Assembly: GCA_000934665.2 (NCBI GenBank)
Contig: JYFJ02002398.1
Coordinates: 1 to 57,780 of the forward strand
Direction of reading: 5' to 3'
DNA from: Catajapyx aquilonaris
Lineage: Eukaryota
Length of the DNA: 57,780 bases
Numbering within the stretch: position 1 is the first letter of the stretch; each line of letters begins with the position of its first letter. The notes below the pieces were generated by a model, which searched no databases, was not told the DNA's origin, and saw only the letters and a list, made by a program, of their open reading frames with translations. Below, one piece after another: positions 50,884-57,780 of the stretch. The translations under genes and the position numbers were made by a program.

Positions 50884-51892
50884 CTATAGACAATAATCTG
50901 CAATGGCCTTCCAGACAGTAGTATCTTTACATTCCTCCCACGCCTGGCTCTCTTTGACCTTCTTATTGGACTTGATGAACAACAAGCATGCATGCTTTAG
51001 TTCTGGAAAGTCAAGCAAAATGGCATACCATAAAATGCGAAGTACATTTTCAACAGTAAAAAAACTGACGACAGGCTCTATCATTAGATGCAGAAGACTT
51101 AGGATCTGATACTTATAAGAAGCCATCAATATCCCCATGGCCAGCTCCCCCCCCCCCATCTATCGGAGGCTCATCTGTGTACATGAATTTCACTAGGCCA
51201 CTCAGGACATCTGATTTGAAGTTCTTAATGACAACCCTGTTTGTCTTCTTCTCCACAGTATCGTGATCAAACATGGCTTTAAACACAGGGCTTCGGGCAC
51301 ACAGAATGAACTTGTGCACTCGAAGTTCTGATCCATCACTTGCCACCAGAGCAACATCCTTGCCAATATCAGACTGCAGCATGTGGTTTAAATCCTCGAG
51401 CAATCCATTGCCACGAACTCTTTTCCACTCCATCCCCAACATGGCCTCTCCTTTGCAAATCAACGTCAGATTGCCATTTGGGAGAAGGTCAGAAGCTCTC
51501 TCTTTCAAGACTTTGGTTTCAATGAATTGAGGAGATCCAAAAGTCGTAGATTCATCAGAAAACCTGCAGATACCAAAGTTACGATTGTATGCAATTTTGT
51601 TATTGGCACCCTTAATGGCGAGGGAAAATTTGGTAGGGAAATTGAAATCATCTGTATCTGAAGAGCATTGAAGGTAAAGGGAGATGTAACCATCATTTTC
51701 ATCTCCGTCTCCATTGGTGTAAAGGAGCAGCTCCCATTTTGTAGACTCCAATCCACTGATGGTGAACGGATCAGGTGAACTTAATTCATCAGACATATCA
51801 TCGGGCTTGTAGTTTTCAATAGACCATTCAAAACAAAATTCCTCCACATCTGCTGTCGGGATGAATTTCCTTTTGGTAGCCATTTCTGCCAT
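50884..51892 (-). CDS. MATH-BTB (SPOP/roadkill-like) Cullin-3 adaptor paralogue; no coding introns; frameshift in an 11-nt G run
   Basis: MATH domain (FEWSIENY..KWELLLY.NG....GYISLYL..FG..QFI..LLPNGNLTLIC); BTB domain (DVALV..HKFILCARSPVFKAMF.H..E..FMYT). The BACK-like tail (ILMASYKYQI..L..TVENV..IL..A......LK.ACL.FI) continues in another frame after the C run at 51147-51157. Confidence 0.88.
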
Positions 51893-52544
51893 TCAACTGT
51901 GAAAAGGAAGAACAATAATTACTTTCTCAAAACAAAATATGTAGGCTATTGTTTCTACTGCATAAAAGTAATGCTACCATCGCAGTTTTGAACATGACTC
52001 TGTCTCAGTACTGGTCTCAGATAGGTAGGGTATAGGGTAGGCGGTAGGGTATAGGGTAGGGTAGGTTAGGTTAGGTTAGCTTCGAAAAGTTGAGTTTTAA
52101 ACGTCCCCATAGCTTATTAAGCGCAAGTCTGCATGTAAGTGTGTGTGTCGTGACTCTTCCTAAGGGCTTCCGTAGAATGGGCATAATTATCTTGTTTCTC
52201 ACTAATCAGATCTCACAAACGGAAACGTCGCGCGTCGTGTAGTCGTGAGCCAAAATAATCAGAGCCTTCATTGCACACTTCATTTATTTCTTCACTATAG
52301 TTAACTTACACAACACCAAGGTGTTATAAATGTTTTTAATCTGGCCAACACTTGTAGAGTGTAAATAAAATAAAATCACACATGAACTCAAAAATATTAT
52401 TTTAAATTAATTGCAAAGTATTTTTGGAAAAACCTGTCCAAGTACAGCGCATTGGTTTGACATGAATGTTGTAGGAAATGCAAATGCCAGTCATCATCAT
52501 GCTGACATAATAATTATGAAATAAATAGTCCTAATGCAAGAACT

Positions 52545-52650
52545 CTATTTAAAACAAAATGGCTTCACATCTGCTGTAGTGATGAATTTCCGTTTGGTAG
52601 TCATTTTTGCCAATCAATTGTAAAAAGCGAGAACAGAAATTACTTTCTTA
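52545..52650 (-). pseudogene. Degenerate duplicate of the 5' end of the MATH-BTB gene
   Basis: AAAACAAAAT...CACATCTGCTGT.G.GATGAATTTCC.TTTGGTAG.CATTT.TGCCA.TCAA.TGT.AAAAG..AGAACA..AATTACTTTCT aligns with 51826-51928. Confidence 0.7.
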
Positions 52651-54069
52651 ATATATTACATGTATTGAGGAATTATTATTTAGTATTTTGTCACAATTTC
52701 ACGTGTGTGATAAACATGACCGTACAAGTCCGTAAAACTACCATCCATTTCAAATATTTCAAATTAATTATCATTGTATATAGGTGACGTGCATCTTAAA
52801 CATATCATGCATTACTTACAATATTTTAGAGTGATAAAATGAGTTTTTAACACAAGAATGTGAGAAGTCAAATATTAACTCAATTGTACAGTATATATTT
52901 TTACCTGTCAGGGCAGGATGAAAGAATTTTTGGGATTCCAAGATGACATCTGAAATGAAGCGAAATTGTGGTTAGATATTGCATCATGGAGATATTGATC
53001 ACGACACACGCTATTGCTCTAAGTTAGTTATGAGGAACATTAAGGATATTTTATATATACTAATTATTTACTTACACATTATTTTATCAGGCATTTTTAT
53101 AATATTTATGTACAGTACTTGACATTAAAGATCATGCAGACTGCCCTGATTTTTCTCTCGAGTTTTCTCTACTTGCTTACCCAAACGGTAGTCCAAACAG
53201 AGATGTTGGCAGCTGGACAGTCTATGTCACAGATTTTAGTCGCCGCTTGGTCCGCTTCCCTTCACCTGTTATCTGTTTATCTGCTATCTTATCTGTTTTG
53301 GAATTTTCTTGGCTGTTGTGCAAACCTTATCAAGCAACTTACAAATCTTACATTAACTTACAACAAACTTATTGTACGAGTACATATTATTGTAGATATT
53401 CTTGTATGACATATATTGCACATATTTATTTATTGTATTATATTATTATTGTACATATTAATAGCACGTGAAAGATGTGACATAATGAATATGGCAATGC
53501 ACAGTGTTTACTCTGTTTTTCTTGCGGTAACAAACTCTCAGATAACTAACTAATTTTGTTTGAGATACACTATCTGAAAATTCTGTGAAGTCATAACAAA
53601 CGTCTGCTAGTGTATTTTCGGGCCAGAACATCACTTGCTTCTGCTACCTTTCCACAACGTCCTAAAATGACGGGACATTATCGATAGAAGTGAGTAGGCT
53701 ATATTTTTAATCATTGATTTGGATTTCCAGAAAGTGGGATAATTATTTAATTTCGCCGATTTGCGTGTGTAATTCATCACGTTGTAGCATTGCCCGCGAT
53801 TAGGTTGTCGATCGGTAATGAACGTGTAAAACCGGCCGTAAAACGTAATCCAAAAATAATTATACAAATAATGCCGGTGCACTAAAAGTCATATCGCAAC
53901 AGATAATCTGCTACCAAAATATGTGAGACTAAGAAATTTTTGAAGCATTTTTTGAAATGATATTAATGGCGTTTTTCAGCTGCTCCCAATTGCTATGCCA
54001 AATTGATTGTGGAATAACTGAATTTTTCAATCACCATCAAGCAATATTTCACTACTGATGAATAATTAA

Positions 54070-56027
54070 TTACAGAGGAACAGAATTGCTAGGCTCCTCT
54101 GGTGCATGTACCTGCTTCCGGATGCAAAATTCAGCCAAAAATATTAACGAAGCCAATGTGCTACCGAAAAATAAAATATCGAAAGGGCCCTCAACGTGGC
54201 GCCACGTGAAGAGTGTGTCCTTTGTTAACAAGAAGTAATCAAGATTGCCTTTTCTTTTTTGCTCAGCTGCACTGAATAACATTAGTTTATTCCTCGATAT
54301 GATATCTCGATGCTTCTATAATCCAATCCCATTATAAATCTGCAACCATTTATTAAAGTTATCTGCATATGGACTGCTTTTAATTACGATCACTGTTGTA
54401 AAGAGAACGAGAAAACTATCGGAGGAGATTAATGTTTTGGTCTCACAGTGATCCTCCGCTATACCAGCAAAATATCTCAACGTAGATTCAGATTGGAAGC
54501 ATACTGTGTCGGCAGTAAAAAGATCTTTAATGCAATAATTTGCAGGGGTGATCTTATATAGATATTAAATCCTCGTATTCGTCTAAGGCATCTGCATCCC
54601 CAGTATTAGGAAGATCCAAATACCCGGGAGTCGTTTTAATAGAGAAAGTGGAATTCCTTAGCTCGTCAATTAATGTCACGTGGAATTATTTTTTTAGGAG
54701 GAGACACTATAGTAAATCATAGAGCTTGCTTCAGTATCATGTGTCAATGACTATGCAGAAGTATATCCACATTAACACAAATGGTTTGCAAGTAGAAAAA
54801 TTAGGCAACGGCACACTTTGCTCCAGAGCTATTTTCGAGAGATATTAAAATATAGATAACACTGCTCTGCAAGTAGGATTTTTTTTTAGAGTGTCCTATC
54901 TGTATTTTTGAGAATAATGATAAAATTCCGACGGACATAATGAAAGCAACAATATAGAGACCCCAACCAGTGAGTGTGTAAGGCATGGCCATCATTATTA
55001 AAGGAGTGATTATCAAGTGTGGTAACCGAGCAAGAAATGTTACTCTATCAGTAGTATATGGTGCAGCAAAAGATGCTGCTTTGTAAAGAATATCGATTAC
55101 AGGAGAGTGCGGTATAAATGATAATTTTTCTGTCGTAAATTCATTAAGAATTTGCATCATTGCCCCTACATCCTTCGAAACGGCCTCAAAATCAATGTAA
55201 TTTACATTCCACTTGAAATTAAGGGCTTTCCCCAAGAAGCAAATATGAGCGTACCGCTCTTCAGAGGTGCCACACATTGTGGAATTGCCCTCCCACATAA
55301 AAATGCCTTTCAGAAACCTTCCATTCCGATTTTGAGCTGCATCCTTAAAAATCAATTCAGAATCAGGTATGTCATCTGACACTGAGAAGAATTCAATTTG
55401 TGGGCTTCCATCATTACAATAGAAGCAGACCGATTTGCAGAGGACAGTCCCATTTTGGTAAGGAGCTACCTCCACCTTGAACTTGATCTTGGACCATGGT
55501 CTCTGGAGGAGAGGGTCCTCCTCCTCATCTTCTTTTTTTGGAGGATCCCGAACCCACAACACGAATCTGTCCTTGGTCTTCCTCGCCTCCAGAAGGCCTT
55601 CCTCAGAGTGCAGGAGTTTGGCCATCATGTCCTCGTGGTTTTGGGTGCAGGTCACCACCAGAAACAATGCGCACTTGGCCACTCTGCGGTCCTCCTGGAA
55701 CGTGCTGGACACCCCGTCATCAGGTGTTGATGGTGGGTCACCACAGTTCCAGGCACTTCGGGACATGCTCGTGATCAGGAGAGGTCGTCCAGTAGAGGAC
55801 ATGTTTGAGAAGAAAGTCTTCAACACCCTCGGGATGTGTCCTCCAACGTCATGGGCCACCACCACCGGACACTCAATGTCTATTAGAATACGATTGTCTC
55901 GGAGGAGTCTAGTCATGAACGTTGGAATTATCCCATCAGTATCATCTCTGCCGTGGAACATACCGATGTCTGCAGAAATATGAACAAAGACAATAAGAAT
56001 AGTTGTAAGAACGAATAATTGTTTCAT
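54070..56027 (-). pseudogene. Divergent ionotropic receptor pseudogene (intronless)
   Basis: Shares motifs with 5138-7050 (CA.FL, DRF..W, C.YC..G.P, MPYTL..W). Frameshift at ~54830, then LEQSVPLP..W; stops at 54737-54739, 54731-54733 and 54316-54318 plus further shifts. The end is recognisable (KSSPYADNFNKWL...HVEGPFDILFFGSTLASLIFLAEF). Confidence 0.82.
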
Positions 56028-57780
56028 TGTGTTGTGATTCCGCTTGTAATTCGTAACAGTAATTCAGCTTCCGATATTGAGCGTAGTTGAGAAGACGGCG
56101 AATATGATTTTGATACCCCCAAGGAAAGTGCATACTGGTAATATCGAGGGCTTTGCTCAACTAAATCAATTCTAGCACCACCGACCACCACTTGTCTATA
56201 GCAATGACAAGTCTTGCATAATTTCTCATGAACACGGGCTTGGCGAATTCTTTCTTTAGGACAATAACTCGGTGACGAAATTATTGATAAGAAAGGTGTC
56301 CTAGAATTCGCGGTAAATGTAACAATGTGAGCCTCTAGAGTACTGCGTGGCATACAAAATCAGTTAAAAGAGTTGAGAGGCGAAAATATGAAATCTATTA
56401 AAAATCAAAATGGAATGGGATCATAGATTGAATCAACTATTTAAAAATTCGCCTCGATTATCATCATCATCATCATCAACAACATCACTACATTTCCCTA
56501 TGGGGGGTAGTCAGCGATGAAGGGAGACGCAAGCTAACCCAACATATGAACTAAATTAAAACTTGTGAACTACCCCCCACCCCTGCCCATCTCAGATGAC
56601 TCTCGATTATGAACGTGGCATAATTACCTCTCCACTTTTACCCGTTATAATATTACAATCATGTGAAAATGTGCATTAATCATTATTTGTAGAGACAAGA
56701 TTTTTGTGATTTAGATTGCATATTTCAATGTCGCCTCAAATAGACTATAGGGCTTGAACGAAATGTCAAGGACGACATACCGGTACTGTACCTATTGGAA
56801 AGCGATAATAAGCTTATTATTAATAACCTCTGCCTAAAACATGGGAATGCTACATCGTTTTGCATTATCCATGTAGGATTGGCCACATCATGATATTCTC
56901 AGTACAAGTGAATAAAGAAATACTCGATTGGAAGGCCTGTTGTTTTGACCCTTCTCTGGTAAAGCAGTGTTTGTGAAGGGCATAATTTCACACCATAAAC
57001 ATGATTCTTTCAACCACTGCCACTGTATAATTATACAAGTACAAGTAGGTATTATGATTATCCAATTGGACGGTGTTATGCAATAATGAGTCAACCCACA
57101 TGAGAGCAGTTTTGAGAAAAAGGGCTGTAAATGTCATACCTGTGAAATTCATTTAGTGTACTTTTCGGTCATTTATGGCAGAAGTATATGCAGATTTCAC
57201 AAGCGTGATATTAACTGAATGAAGTAGGATCCTTTAGTTATCTGTTCACGGGAGTAGCTCAATTTTGATATTTTTGTGGGCTGACCCATTATTGTACAAC
57301 ACAGTCCATTTTACCTAGAGAAATATTTTGTTTATATTTAAAAACCATTATTTTCCTAAGAATACAGGGTCTCACTTGATCTGTCTTGCAACGCAATACA
57401 GTAAAACTTCTATAAGTCGAATCTCTATGTGACCGGGAAAAAACTTCCAGTTATAGAATATTCGAGTTAGAGAAGTTTGGCTTTTTTAAAGCACAGAACT
57501 CTATAAGAAAGCCTACCTTTATATCCAGCGACAAAAGGTGTTCAAAACTTTAAAATAACTGTCACTATCACACTTACAATGTTTCTCATTGTTTTGTTGT
57601 AAAAAAACTCACTTATGGACATTTGCCTACTCTTAGATTCAAGGATTCAATTGTCACAATCGAGTCAAACACTATTTCTTTCGGTACTGTCGCGAGTAAT
57701 AAGATGGAGACGCCACGATGTAAAATTTTCATCCTGGCGAGGGTGCAACCGGTTGCACAGGTGTGTAGTGTACTCGCACA

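Noticed and set aside
52020..52080. Interstitial (TTAGG)n telomere
   Set aside because: Only about three units within a degenerate GGGTA/GGTTA tract; too short to call.

Overview
AT-rich eukaryotic DNA, very likely arthropod (GT-AG introns, tRNA-derived SINEs, microsatellites). It is a chemosensory locus. The core (8.0-49.2 kb) is a tandem array of 16 divergent, intron-containing chemosensory protein (CSP / OS-D / A10 family) genes, all on the minus strand. I reconstructed each exon by exon: signal peptide, C-X6..10-C, a phase-1 intron, then C-X2-C. Two related intronless divergent ionotropic-receptor (IR)-like genes bracket the array and point towards each other: 5138-7050 (+) has one frameshift, and 54070-56027 (-) is multiply disabled. 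A MATH-BTB (SPOP-like) gene with a poly-G frameshift lies at 50.9-51.9 kb. Ten central CSPs share a C-terminal 'G(E/V)EPPELEAL'-type tail and are nested between six CSPs of a 'YPQAW' type. One central gene appears to be a 4-exon chimeric CSP with an unrecognised N-terminal region, a Thr/Lys linker and an acidic Tyr-rich tract. Introns and spacers hold three SINE families (one V-SINE-like), several fold-back/MITE elements, a perfect 66-bp palindrome and an X-box-bearing repeat that recurs in CSP introns. All gene models were read by eye and have no transcript support.
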